Positions 1 through 11,022 of a stretch of 63,426 nt of DNA are shown one piece after another; within the stretch, counting starts at the first letter, position 1; each line of letters opens with the position of its first letter. A program made the position numbers and the translations under genes. Source of the DNA: Rhizaria sp. SCN 62-66 (lineage: Eukaryota); NCBI GenBank assembly GCA_001724265.1, contig MEDY01000012.1, positions 186,001 to 249,426 on the forward strand, in the 5' to 3' direction. The notes under the pieces were generated by a model. That model was not told the DNA's origin and made no database searches. It was given only the letters and a program-made list of their open reading frames with translations.

Positions 1-3000
1 CGTTTGAGCGCGCCACGTACAGAGTAGGACAGCCTTGTCGCACCCATGCACACGCTGCACGCGATAGCACTGCAACGTCACCGACCTCCTCGTCTCGCTG
101 CTCAGCCGCAGCCGCATTCGTGCAGCTTGCACTGACCAAAGCGTCAGCTGCAGTTATGGCGGCAGCAGTAGCGGCATCACCGAGTGCGATGCGCGCACCG
201 GCCGTGAGAATGCGCCAGTGTGACGCGACACATGAGCGGTAAAACAGAGATGCGTGACGCAGGTTCTCCTTGTTGTTCACGCTTGCGTCGTTAGCATGCG
301 CGAGAGATGCAACAGCGGCGCGCAAGACACGTGGAGGGATACAGAGGACCACGGCGGCAACGGCAGTGTTGCTCGCCCCAGAACCGCTGTTATCACCACC
401 GTCGACGATGCACGGGTTGAACCCGCGAATGCACATCGCACTCGCACTATTCACAACACTTGCGTCGTCAATGTGCGCGAAAGCTGCGGCCACTGCAGAT
501 ACGTTGAGAGCTGTGCCAGCGCCGTAGACTGGCGCAGTGTCCCACTCATGCTCCGTGTGCGTACTGCTTGCGCTCACGCTAGCGCTCACACTGTCGCTGA
601 ACTTGCTGCGTACGTAGCCATTCAGCACAACCACAAAGCCGTGGTTGGACTCGTCGTTCTTGCCGTTTGTGAGCATCTGCCCGTGGGAAAGTGGTTTGAC
701 CTCAGCACCGGAGAGCAACACCTCAACAAAGCTACCACGACCACTAGCGGTACCACAGTCACTTAGGTTGTTGGTACGACCAGCAAGAAGGTTAAGAGTC
801 GCCCTGACAATCACTTCCTCCTCGGTGAATTGAAGCGCACCACGAGCATTCTTAGATGAGTTCACATCCACTGACTCCTTAGCGGCGGTCTCGGTGAGTG
901 CATGTGCAATCGACGGGAAGATCTGTGCCATGATACGCGCCTTGGCAGTTTGTGCAGCAGGGTGAGAACTTGCTGCAGCAGCAAGCTCTCGCTCGGTCTC
1001 TTCCTCCGCTTGCGCCGCGGCTTCAGCTTTGGCGTTTGCCTCGGCAGTGACGGCAGCAGCAGCAGCTGTGGCAGCATCAACAGCATTGCTGACATCAGCG
1101 AGCTTGATCTTGCTCTCAACCTTCATCTTAGGCGTCGTCTTAACCGCTCCACCACGGCGGCGCGCGCGCAGTCCTTGCTGCTGTGCCTCGAAAGGACTAC
1201 TTTGATCGGTAGCGACATAGGTCAAGTCTCCAGTGGTGAGACTGCTAATGTCGCTCTCGTTGCCGCTCACGTCCCCGTCGAGCTCAACGTCAGCAGCGAT
1301 GTTCGCCACGTTGCCTGCGCGCGGGTGCCGCAGTTGTGTGGCGTTTCTGGGCGACACGGTGAGCGACTGCGGAACCGACTGATGGCTCTTCGGTGACTGC
1401 GACTCTGTCGCACGCGATTGGGGACTGGTGAAGCCGGATTCCGTGCCGCCGATGGTGACAACACCGTCTTGGCCGTCGATCTCAACATCGCCCCGTTGCT
1501 GTTCACTAATCGTCGCTCGCGCAGCGTTGCCCTTCAGACTCATCCCAGCGGTGTCATCATCCGAGTATGCAGCATCATGATCGCTATCAACATCGCTGCC
1601 GCTTGTACTTGTGCTGTCGCTGCTCCACGTATCTTCCTCTTCGTCTTCGTCACTCACAACGTCATCTGTACCCAGCACCTTGCTGCCCTTCGCTTTGCCC
1701 CGCCGCCCAGCCCGAACACGAGTCGCATCGCTGCTCATCGCAGCGTACTGGGTCCCTTCTGGGTCTGAGTCGTCTCCGTCCTCGGCGTCCTCCTCGAGGT
1801 TGAGACGCGCCTGCTCTGCGTCCGCAGCGGCGACGAGCGCTGCCGCTGCGGTGGCCGGGCTGGGCAGCTGCGGCAGTTGCGGCAGCGCCATGGATAGTGA
1901 CAGCTCAAGCGTCACTGGCGACGGCGACATCTCGCCCTGTGACTGCATCAGCAGTGAGTCATCCTCCTCCTCGTCATCGTCACAATTGACACTCTTTGAC
2001 TCGCTTGTAGAGCTGACGAGAGAGCGCGCGCGCGTCGACAGCGCCGTCGGCAACGGCAACGACGACGCAAGCGTTGCTAAGTCAGGCGCATGCGACCTAA
2101 CTCTGGCACCAACCCGCGATGCTGCCGCCGCCGCCGCCGACGCCGCCGCCGCCGCCGCCGTGGCCGCGGCGGTCGCAGTCGCCGTGGCCGCGGCCGCCGC
2201 GGTGGAGGACGCCTGCGAGATGCGCGCGGGCGGGCGCGGGGCGCGCGAAACGGCCAGCCCGAGGCAGCGAAGGCCGGCGACAACTACGCGGCGCGCACGC
2301 CGACGCGTGCTGCGCAGGATCGAGCGGATAATGATGCGTTTAGCGGTCAGCGAGCGTTGGTTTCCGAGTGCACGGTGGTACCAAATGCGTGCCACGATAC
2401 TTGCCGTGAGCAGAGTAGCAAGAATAAACGCGGTTGTGCCCGCAATAATAAGCCGCGCAGACGGAAGAGGGATGGATGACGAGAACATGAAAGAAACAGG
2501 GGTACTGTAGCCAAACCCAAACAGACGAGAAAATAACGACACACTCACGACGCTCGCAGCGGCGCTAGAATGCTCCACCGTCGTGTCGACCGCTGCTGCA
2601 AGCGTAGCTGCGTCGAGATCATGCCAGTAGATGTCGACCAGCACGGATAAGTAGCGGTAGGACTCAACCGTTGCCACTGCAATGCTGAGCAAAGTGATGA
2701 GCGCGAGTGCAGTGACGACGGGCAGAGACATGAGAAAACTAAAGACACCGCTGATCGTCTTATCGGCGCGGCGACGAGTCTGCTGCTTGTTGATGTTATT
2801 TCCAACGTCGCCACTCGCGCTGGGAACCGTGTTGTTAACAGCGATATCACCCGAGTGAGAAGATTTGCCCTCACTGTTGTACATGTTGCGAGCATCAGCA
2901 TCGTTATGGTTGTCGCTTTTGTGGAATCTGGGGGCAAAGAGGTCAACCGTCTCGAAGTCTTGCTGCTGGGCGGATGCGCTCCCATCAGGGCGAGTCACAC

Positions 3001-3703
3001 TGGCAGCATGCACCCCAGAGACACGGTTGCTGTCGCTTGACGACAGTTGTTGCAGCTGTTGACGTGTCCGTGAGAGCGAGCGCGCGTGCGAGCGCGAGCG
3101 CGAGCGTGACCGCGAGCGCGCCTGCTGCGCAGCGTGCGATGGCGAGTGCGCAAACGATTGCGGAGGCAGGGCGGGATTATGCTGCGGCTTGAAGGGGCTA
3201 CCAGTCGTCTGCAGGGGGCTCCTGTTGGATTGCAGGGGACTCTGGCCGGACTGCAGGAGGTTTTTGGTCTCTGTTTGCGAGGGCGTGTGCAAGCGGCGGC
3301 GCAGCAGCGGCGAGCCAAGAACGCTTGTACTAGCGATCTCGGCTGCGCCAGTGCGCACACCAGTACTAGTCGTGACGACGGGCACAGCAGCAGCCGTCGT
3401 AGTTTGACTGTCTGCTGCTGGGGTGTTTGCGGTGTTGTTGCTGCCGGTGTTGGCGATCCCGAAGTTGAAGCTAGCGGCACCGCTGCTATTGCTAGTACTA
3501 CGGGGAGTTGGGAGACGGCGAAAACGAGTGGCCTGCTGCGGCAGGGCCAGCCCACGAGACGCATTCGTCGTGCCTGAGCCTGAGCCAGCAGCCTCGCTTG
3601 ACTCTGAACTTTGTTGCTGTTGCGCGGGCGACCTCTGACTAGCATCAGGAGTAAACACGCTGAGGCCCAGGCGCCCAGGGGACGGCGCACGCGTAAACGA
3701 CAT
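1..3703 (-). CDS. Large hypothetical membrane protein (>1230 aa), 3' end beyond window start; two hydrophobic segments, S/A/D/E-rich low-complexity regions
   Basis: ATG at 3703-3701 (MSFTRAPSPGRLG...) with an in-frame TAA upstream at 3727-3725. The frame stays open to position 1, so it is absent from the ORF track (no stop). TM-like stretches FSFLMSLPVVTALALITLLSIAVA (~2740-2670) and LIIAGTTAFILATLLTASIVARIW (~2450-2380). No family recognised. Confidence 0.75.
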   Translation of the reverse strand, partial: MSFTRAPSPGRLGLSVFTPDASQRSPAQQQQSSESSEAAGSGSGTTNASRGLALPQQATRFRRLPTPRSTSNSSGAASFNFGIANTGSNNTANTPAADSQTTTAAAVPVVTTSTGVRTGAAEIASTSVLGSPLLRRRLHTPSQTETKNLLQSGQSPLQSNRSPLQTTGSPFKPQHNPALPPQSFAHSPSHAAQQARSRSRSRSRSHARSLSRTRQQLQQLSSSDSNRVSGVHAASVTRPDGSASAQQQDFETVDLFAPRFHKSDNHNDADARNMYNSEGKSSHSGDIAVNNTVPSASGDVGNNINKQQTRRRADKTISGVFSFLMSLPVVTALALITLLSIAVATVESYRYLSVLVDIYWHDLDAATLAAAVDTTVEHSSAAASVVSVSLFSRLFGFGYSTPVSFMFSSSIPLPSARLIIAGTTAFILATLLTASIVARIWYHRALGNQRSLTAKRIIIRSILRSTRRRARRVVVAGLRCLGLAVSRAPRPPARISQASSTAAAAATATATAAATAAAAAASAAAAAASRVGARVRSHAPDLATLASSLPLPTALSTRARSLVSSTSESKSVNCDDDEEEDDSLLMQSQGEMSPSPVTLELSLSMALPQLPQLPSPATAAAALVAAADAEQARLNLEEDAEDGDDSDPEGTQYAAMSSDATRVRAGRRGKAKGSKVLGTDDVVSDEDEEEDTWSSDSTSTSGSDVDSDHDAAYSDDDTAGMSLKGNAARATISEQQRGDVEIDGQDGVVTIGGTESGFTSPQSRATESQSPKSHQSVPQSLTVSPRNATQLRHPRAGNVANIAADVELDGDVSGNESDISSLTTGDLTYVATDQSSPFEAQQQGLRARRRGGAVKTTPKMKVESKIKLADVSNAVDAATAAAAAVTAEANAKAEAAAQAEEETERELAAAASSHPAAQTAKARIMAQIFPSIAHALTETAAKESVDVNSSKNARGALQFTEEEVIVRATLNLLAGRTNNLSDCGTASGRGSFVEVLLSGAEVKPLSHGQMLTNGKNDESNHGFVVVLNGYVRSKFSDSVSASVSASSTHTEHEWDTAPVYGAGTALNVSAVAAAFAHIDDASVVNSASAMCIRGFNPCIVDGGDNSGSGASNTAVAAVVLCIPPRVLRAAVASLAHANDASVNNKENLRHASLFYRSCVASHWRILTAGARIALGDAATAAAITAADALVSASCTNAAAAEQRDEEVGDVAVLSRAACAWVRQGCPTLYVARSN

Positions 3704-5243
3704 ATCAGTGGCAAGCTGACTCGCTTAGCGAGTGTTCGTGTCAATCACCAGAGAAGGCCGCAGGTAGAGTTGACGAGATTAGTCAAGCTCGAAAGACTTA
3801 GGTACGCGCTTCGTGAGTTCTATAATAGAACAGAAATACAGGAAGATAACCAAGCAATATTACGTGTGTGTTAGTATACAAGATCACGCATGTAAACGAC
3901 AACGCTATGCATGTCGTGTAAATCGCACATCAGTTGTAAGAAGAGACATAATGTTTTGCAGGCGTGGCGCGACGCGTCTCGTTTGGAAGGCCACTCACAG
4001 AAGCACTTAACGTCCACATTTCAAATTATAATAAAGTGAACACATACTAAATAAAATATGAAATCACACTACAGTACTGGTATCGTTATTTGAAAGAGAC
4101 ACATGCCACACAGCGATGCAGAAATCTCACGCCAGCTCAGACCTGCGCCCAGCACTCTTTTCCGGTTTGCGCATTGCAGTCCGAGATTGCTCTGCTGGTC
4201 GCGCACAACCACACGAATTTACATCGATTCAGACTAAAATTGCATTCAAAGGCTCGAAACCTAGCCGGATAACTTAAAACGTTTCGTGATTATGTCAAAG
4301 CTACAATGTAGAACGCATATATCATTGATGTTTGCATTTCGTTACACGTGCTTCTCCTCGTTACCTGCAACGGAACAACTGCAACAAATGGTCTAACATC
4401 CACGAGTTTGCCAAACAGTACAGTAGCAACATTTCCATATGATTTCATAGTGTTGTGTCAACTGCTATCAGTTACCACGCTGTATTGAGCCACTATGCAA
4501 TGACAACATGACTTGAAGTTTTGTGCAATGAGATCTCTTCATAATATAGAGCATAAACAGCTGATTAATAGATAATAAATTTGTAATTTAGAGCCAGTAT
4601 ATTTACCGGTATTTCTAGAAATTTGCCCTGTTTGATTTAGTAAAATTTGCATTTCAAAAAATACATATAAAAACCAGGTATCATGACTAGCTTTGCGTAC
4701 TAGCTTGCTCATGAGAGGAGTCTTGGCGAAGGGACATGCTGGATGCAACTTGCTGTTCGACCCACCCTTGACCACAGTCATAGCCAGTTGGTGACGGAGC
4801 AAACGAACCCAAATCTTTCAAAGAACTTTATGCGTCTCCACGCTCCTGTATAGCACTGCAAGTGAGCTATCCCGACTGAATCATGTGTGCCTTATGTGGT
4901 TTCATTTGAGAGGATCCTGATATTCGCGCGTGATCTCCGCGCTATCTCGCGCTGCCAGCGACCTCAACCGCTGGACATATCTCCTTCGCCCACGTCCCTC
5001 TCACCCCATTTCCCGCTACATGGCCCGCATCATGGCCTATTAAAACAACGCTTAACTATGTATCACCCTCTGAAAACTTCATCGTTTTTTTTTTGTTTGC
5101 AATCGATGCGCACATGCTCTCTCTGACTGTCGCTTTCTACGTGCCCCCTCGCCTCCACTGGCCGTCTCCTCCCTTGTACCCTCGTCATTTCCCTCCGCTT
5201 CCGCGACCGTACCTTTCATCTGCAGCCCCGCGCCTTCTCCAAC

Positions 5244-6661
5244 ATGGCTGACGAGATTATGGACCCCTCCCTGCAGAACATCATCGACTCCAAGACCCTC
5301 CGCTGGGTCTTCGTCGGTGGCAAGGGTGGTGTCGGTAAGACCACCACGAGCTGCTCCCTCGCTGCCCAGCTCGCCAAGCACCGCGAGTCCGTCCTCCTCA
5401 TCTCCACGGACCCCGCGCACAACCTCTCCGACGCCTTCGGCCAGAAGTTCTCCTCCAAGCCCACCCTTGTGCCCGGCTTCGACAACCTCTTTGCCATGGA
5501 GATCAACCCCTCGACCGAGATCTCTGAGGAGCTTGAGAACGCCGAGTCCAAGTCCTTCTTCTCCGAGATCGCCACCTCGATCCCCGGTATCGACGAGGCC
5601 ATGTCTTTTGCCGAGCTCATGAAGCAGGTCCAGTCCATGTCGTACTCGACCATCGTGTTCGACACCGCCCCCACGGGCCACACTCTCCGTCTCCTATCCT
5701 TCCCCACCGTCATCGAGAAGGCATTCGAGAAGATCAACTCGCTTAAGGGCCGCTTCTCCGGCCTCTTCGGCCAGGTCGCCGGCATGCTCGGCATGGGCAA
5801 CCAGGACGAGTCGTTCATGGGCAAGCTCGAGGAGATCCAGACCTCAGTGCGCCAGATCAACGCGCACTTCCAGAACCCTGAGGTGACGACCTTCGTCTGC
5901 GTCTGCATTCCCGAGTTCCTCTCCCTCTTCGAGACTGAGCGGTATGTAACTCTTGCTTGCATTTATTAACAGAACCTCACACGTTATATCATATGTTGCT
6001 ACTTGAGGTCCTTCCTGGACCACCACATGCCCACCTTGTTTGTCGATGCCAAAAAACACTACCTTACAACATTTCACGAAGCCAACATCTCACTCTTCTT
6101 ATGCCATTTTCTCTTTTGTTCCTCGTAACTGCAAGTACAGTCTTGTCCAGGAGCTCACCGGCTTCGGCATCGAGACGTCCAACATCGTCGTCAACCAGGT
6201 GCTGTATCCCGACGATGGCGCTGAGTGCCGTAAGTGCGCGGCCCGCCAGCGCATGCAGGGCAAGTACCTCGACCAGATCGACGCGCTCTACAGCGATTTC
6301 CACGTTGTCAAGATGCCCATGCTCGACGAGGAGGTCCGCGGCCAGGTACGTCGCGCTCCCAAGCTCTTCCACTCAAACGACCAAACTTAGCAGGCTCTAA
6401 TATGAACATGCTCTCATGTGTGACTACATGTCAAGCAATCATGCAGTCCAAATGATGTTTCATTCTCTGTAACACTTTAAGGAACGCTTCTGGTTATAAA
6501 TTTCTATCACTATGCTCACATATGTCTTCTTAACTCGTTGTCTCTGGCTGTTTCACTCACAGGATTCCCTGCTCAAGTTCGGCGGCATGCTCGCCTCCGG
6601 CATTCCCGACAAGTATGCCCTCACCGACGCCACCGAGCTCGCCAAGATCAAGCGCTGCTAA
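5244..6661 (+). CDS. GET3: Get3/ASNA1/TRC40 ArsA-family ATPase; exons 5244-5941, 6141-6345, 6563-6661
   Basis: [11 protein letters not shown]-loop, [29 protein letters not shown] and CxxC (CRKC). GT-AG introns restore the frame; TAA stop. Confidence 0.96.
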
Positions 6662-7311
6662 GTGCGACGCTGCTCTGCGCATGCTCGCAGGATGAGAACT
6701 AAGCTCTGCTGAGAGAGGCATGCGCGCGTGTGGACGTGTTTGTGGTGGTTTAACTTTCTTTACTCAAGCTCAAGTGCTTGGACTAAAGTCGTGCTATCGT
6801 CGTGGTTTTGGAGTTGTTGTTGTTGGAGTTGCTTTTGTGCGGAAAATTACATGGCGTTACGTATTAACAAAGTTAGCATGATCAAAAAAAGAAGAAATTA
6901 TTAATACAACTGTGACTAATGTTTTGTTTTCAACTGTCACAACTACGGTAATGTCACCAACTCGAGAGTTTTTGATGCATCGATCTTTGAATAGATATTT
7001 GAATATAAAGTATCACTATGTATCGCCACACTCACTACTTGTGACGCGGTGTTGTTTACGGGTGGTAATCAAGTTGTTCATCCATCAACTCACTTCACGA
7101 CACGTGGAGTTCACTCAGTCATGTAGATCTGATATAGTACCACCAATTTAAAAAATTCAAGAGGTATTACCATCAAACAATGAAACAAACGTTGTTAGTT
7201 CAACAACAAAAAATAGTCCCCACATATATCAAGCCCTACAATATCATTTACAAAGCACTGTGAAACATGTTCCGTGGCACTACGGAAACACTCATAAGTC
7301 GGCTGACAAGC

Positions 7312-10212
7312 TTAAGACGACGGAGACATGACATCCTTAGCAGCGGTTGCGCCAGCCCGACGCCCAAACACGACACACTCCGCGAGCGAGTTGCCACCGA
7401 GCCGATTGCGGCCGTGCAGCCCGCCCGAGGCCTCGCCGCACGCGAACAGGCCCTTGATGGGCTCGAGCGCGTGGCGAGATGCGCCAGTCACGCTGGGGGC
7501 GCGGAGAGCGCGCGCGTTGGTGTCGATCATAATCCCTCCCATTGTGTAATGAAGTGAGGGAGTCACGATCGCAACGGCCCACTCCGAGGGGGCGCTCGCA
7601 TCGCCGTTGATGGCATAGGGGGAGTATGTGTCAGCGAAGGGAAACGTGCGCTTGCCAAAGTTCTCACTGTCATCATTCGCAACACTACTATTCGAGCGCG
7701 AGTAAGACAGAAGGCTGGAGTGCAGTCCAGCGGCGGCCACAAGCCACTGCGGATAGCTGTCACTGTCACCTTCGCTGCCACTGTCGCTGTCACTAGAACT
7801 CTTGGTCTCACTCTCTGCATTGTTCTTGATCTTCTTCGTGTCAGCAATGGTAATGCCTGACATCTTCACAGCAGAGCAGAACAGACGCGCGGCCAACACC
7901 GAGCTCTTCTCACTGCTGCTCCGAGTGAGCTTCGCCCACTGTGCAGCAAACTTCCGAATCTCAGCGTCAACAGCGTTGCTGTGCCCACAGTCACTCAAAA
8001 TGACGCCCCACGCGCCCATGTCAGTACTGTCGACATCCTTGTTGCTGACAAGAGTGAACAGTCCCTTGGATGCGTAGAACTTTGCCGGACCAACGCCAAA
8101 CTCACGGACAGAAGCCGGGGAAAGCAGCAACGCCGCGGTGTGCGTCGAACGCGCGTAGATACGAGAGGACACGTGGTCACGAGTGCTGGAGATGATGAAA
8201 AAATAACATGTGAACAGATTTGCGGTTAGCTAATCGTATAATACTGTTTAGCTTGCTGCTGGAAATAGACCATTAGGTTTCGATGATATAAGACAGAGTT
8301 GGTTCCAAGGTCGTGCTTGAGCGTACCTAAGCTCGTTCACAAACCGCTTACCGGTCGTGAGATCAGCTAACACGCCGCCAACACCGCGCAGCGCCTCGGG
8401 GGCGAGGAACTTGGTCATCGCGTCGCGATCAGAGGGCATCACAAAGCCGGTGGGGTGAACCTGGACGTGGTTCATGCCGGTCAGCGCGGCGCCGATTTCC
8501 TTCATTTGAGGACAAAAGCAACGAATATGATAAGATAAAAACAAGGTTCAGCAATGACAATTCGTTATAGCATGCACTACACATGATCAGTTAGCGAGCG
8601 GTTTATGCAATTTCATGTTGCAATTATGAACAGAGGCATCGCAAACAAATACGCACCTCAGCGATATCGAGGCCATCGCCTGTGGCCCACGGTCCGTTTG
8701 TCGTGGGCAAGTTAAGCTTTGCCAGCTGGGGATTCCACCTCTGTAGCTGCTTCGTTGATGCAGCAAAGCCACCTGACGCCATGATGACCACCCTTGCGTG
8801 AATCAAATGCTTGCCAGCCTTAGCACCACTCGCGGCCGCCGTGGCAGCATCCTTGGACTTTGCAACATTCTCGTACCAAATGCCCTGCACGCCCCCGCGG
8901 CAGACCTTTTGACCTGCAGCACCGTCCACATCGGCGTTGACGTTAGCGCAAGCGATACCGGTGACGCGCACGCCAGTCGCGACGGTCACCATCGCAGCGT
9001 ACTTGCCGTCTTTGGCCGCGAGCGCAGCCTTGAGCCCCGCAGTGACCGCAAAGCCGACGGGTGGGGTCAGGCCCCTGGCGTCCGGTCCGGGCCGGTGCGT
9101 GCGCGCGGCGCTGTGCCCGCCGAGCGCGGTGAGCTTGGCCAGCGGCGCGACGCCGTGCTACTCGAGGAAGGCAACAGCGGCCGCGCTGTCCGTCACCAGC
9201 GCGGAGACCAGGACGCGCATGCTCGCGGGCACTGCGGAGTCGCCCGCATTGCTGGCAGCGCCCGTGCTAGTCGCCGTGACGACCGCAGGGTCCGAGTAGG
9301 CCAGACCGAAGTTGTCGTGGCTCTCGGCCCCGCTGTTGTCGCTCGTGCTCGCATGTGTGCTGCCGACGTTGTCAGCGTTGCTCGCGCACGACGCAAGCGT
9401 GTCCTTCACAAACAGCTCAACACTGTCGCCCTGAGCCCCACCGAGGCCTTTGTAGTACTCGATCTGCACGGGCGTGCCGACGGCGTTCTGTCCCGACGAC
9501 GCCTTCGCAGAGTTGCCGCCCAGCGCGGACTCCTTCTCCAGCAGAATGACCGTGGGCAGCCCAGCGGCACGCGCGGCGGCGGGGGACGCCGTGGCGGCCG
9601 CGGTGTCAATGCCGGAGGCGGCTGCAAGAGAAAGAGCGGTGTCGACGAGCTCGATGGCGGCCGAGAGGCCGGCGAGACCACCGCCGACGATGACTGGCGG
9701 AGGGGAGAAGTAGAAGATATGAAGGATATGACAATATGAAAGGCACGAATCATAAAGATAGGGAGCAATAAAAAACACAATTCACCTTAATGTCGTAACC
9801 ACTTCGATCAACGACAACTCACATATCCATAATAATGGTCGATTTCGAGGCAGAGCTGAAGATCACTCTTTAATGACTCTAACGTACCCACGCAAGAGGA
9901 GTCTTGAGGACACTTAACGTCGCCAGTCTGCTCTTCAAAAGCAAGAACAACGTTTTTGTTAGCGTTACCACCCGTGACAGTCGCAGCAGACGCAGCACCA
10001 GAGGTTGCGGTCACCGTGAGCGGCACCGCTGACGCAGCCGCAGAAAGCAGGCTGGCTGTGGCGGCAGCGACTGACTTGGCTGCTGCGGCGGAGGAGCTCG
10101 ACTATGAGAGACTGAGCAAAGTCCACGCAACACCTGAGATGCCAATGATAAAGGACACCACCGCGATCCACCCAGAGACACGTTGCCGCTCGTTTGTATG
10201 AGCTGGCGGCAT
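7312..10212 (-). CDS. Osm1/Frd1-like FAD-dependent fumarate reductase with N-terminal hydrophobic anchor; exons 10212-9888, 9693-8657, 8499-8327, 8185-7312; two in-frame TAG codons
   Basis: Motifs VVIVGGGLAGLSAA (formed across a splice junction), LGGNSAKASSG, LGGHSAARTHR, TTNGPWATGDG, VQVHPTG, LAPEALRGVGG, RFVNEL, LHYTMGG and GLHGRNRLGGNSLAECVVFG. TAG at 10104-10102 and 9160-9158; TAA stop. Confidence 0.9.
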
Positions 10213-11022
10213 CTGTGACTCGAAGGACGCATCAAGTTGGAGGGGACGTTGACAGAAATAGAGATATTGAGCTCAAAGCAGCTTGCTAACAAGAGTAATA
10301 TTATGGTATAATCTCAGACAGGTATTAAATCCATGGCATTCAGCTGCAGCGAGTTTAACGGTCGCTGCGATGAAATATTGCTTCTGCTAAATCTGCTAGC
10401 AGACTCATTCATGATAGTGGTTGTCATCATAGTCACGCCGCTGAGGAGATGCTGAGTCATGCGCGAAAATGACTCTACAGAGACTCAAAACGAATTGGAA
10501 GCAACGAGAATACAGCTTGGTATACAATTATCTTGCAAAGGGAGATGATTAAAGACTTTAATGAGTGTATTCGTGTCCGCCCACTGTGTTCAACGCAGTA
10601 TGTGACTTGGAAAGAATTATGAACAACGAACAGGGAAGTGGCGGATGCGATGAGTAAAGAAGCACAAACAATTAGCGCTGAGGAGTGTGTCATGTCAGAA
10701 TAGCAATAACATGCGTCATCTACAGAACAATTTCATTGTCGACCTGCATCCATGCGCATGCGATTGCAGTCCATGTTCAATGTTCAGAATGTACACTCTG
10801 GCTGATTGTGAGTGCCAAATTTAAAGCTAAGTACGATGAAATAGGAGTTCAAAAGGTATCAAAACAAAAAGCGGAACAAAAAAAAATGAAAAGAAATAAT
10901 ATGAATGAGTTAACTATCCACAGTTGAATGACAGCGTCTCAAATAACAATCGGGAGACATAATCTTTCTTTCTGAAGTATCACACCAACACAAAGCATGA
11001 AATCGGTGCTTGTGTTGTTAAT

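Noticed and set aside
7312-10212. Fumarate reductase as a pseudogene
   Set aside because: All motifs, splice sites and frames are intact; the only lesions are two TAGs.
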